A DNA stretch of 62,966 nt, the filler included, from Octopus bimaculoides (taxonomy: Eukaryota): assembly GCF_001194135.2 (NCBI RefSeq). It is 6 parts of 5 records of this genome, joined end to end, with 100 filler letters (N's around TTAATTAATTAA, not from the genome) between each part and the next. Parts side by side here need not be neighbours in the genome. Positions count along the whole stretch, not along the records: positions 60,140 to 62,966 come from NC_068990.1; 5 more parts are not named here. One strand, written 5' to 3'. Each line of letters opens with the position of its first letter. Within the stretch, counting starts at the first letter, position 1. The notes beneath the pieces were generated by a model. The model did not search any database. It had not been told where the DNA came from and was given only the letters and a program-made list of their open reading frames with translations. Below are positions 62,535 through 62,966 of this stretch, piece by piece. The position numbers and the translations under genes were made by a program.

Positions 62535-62966
62535 TCGACGAGCCCTTTACCCGTCGACTGCGTGCGTAACACACGGACACACACACACTCGCCGCGCGGC
62601 TGATACCGCCACCTAGACGACGGCCTTTCGATTGCACCTTTCGCTCGGCCGGCGGCGGCCACGTCTTTGCTCGATACGAATGACGCAGCTAATCGCCTGC
62701 TTCCTTTACCTTACAAGTTTCCTCACTACTCGAGAGTCAGTAGTGAGAGTCAGTACTATAGAGAGTCAGAGTCACTCCAGCCGTTTGTCTGCGCTTAGTG
62801 CGATGCGTGCATCCCACTCTTCGCAACTAACTCGGAGCAGAGATCGCGTTCACGCGGCAACGACCGGCACTCGCGCTCATGCTCGATGCCGCCGATTCTC
62901 GGTCGGCTGGAGAGCCGCGTGGCTCTACAAAAAAAAAGTCGCTTCTACTGCAACGGGAGAATCCCC
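62535..62966. other. CpG-rich island at the window end (promoter or young element terminus)
   Basis: Abrupt switch to GC/CpG-rich sequence; GAGAGTCAG occurs three times at ~62731-62770. Confidence 0.5.

Overview
AT-rich, repeat-dense animal genomic DNA with many assembly gaps. It is most likely a coleoid cephalopod (Octopus); this is inferred from single-exon tandem C2H2 zinc-finger ORFs with no recognisable KRAB/SCAN/BTB domain and from the tRNA-derived SINE families. Three C2H2-ZNF genes are present: ZNF-A at 1066-2337 (-), 15 fingers; ZNF-B at 47045-48643 (-), 18 fingers; ZNF-C from 53699 to a gap at 54917 (+), at least 12 fingers. Between them lie decayed mobile elements (several SINE families; RTE, CR1-like, Tx1/L1-like, R4/Dong-like and Penelope-like retroelements; mariner, maT-like, pogo/Tigger, piggyBac-type MITE and Helentron-like DNA elements), a U6 pseudogene, a tRNA-Phe pseudogene and microsatellites. 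The most notable structures are: (1) a ~1.1 kb inverted repeat (8239-9344) whose two arms each carry a minimal type I hammerhead ribozyme motif on opposite strands; (2) a bidirectional promoter (~6660-7415) flanked by two divergent GTAAGT donors and homologous, inverted, minisatellite-bearing first introns, where only the left arm leads to a visible gene; (3) a full-length U6 retrocopy abutting a full-length SINE; (4) a nested inverted repeat between ZNF-B and ZNF-C; (5) an unidentified decayed reading frame at ~56720-57330. Most coordinates for decayed repeats are approximate. All family assignments come from motif recognition, not database searches.
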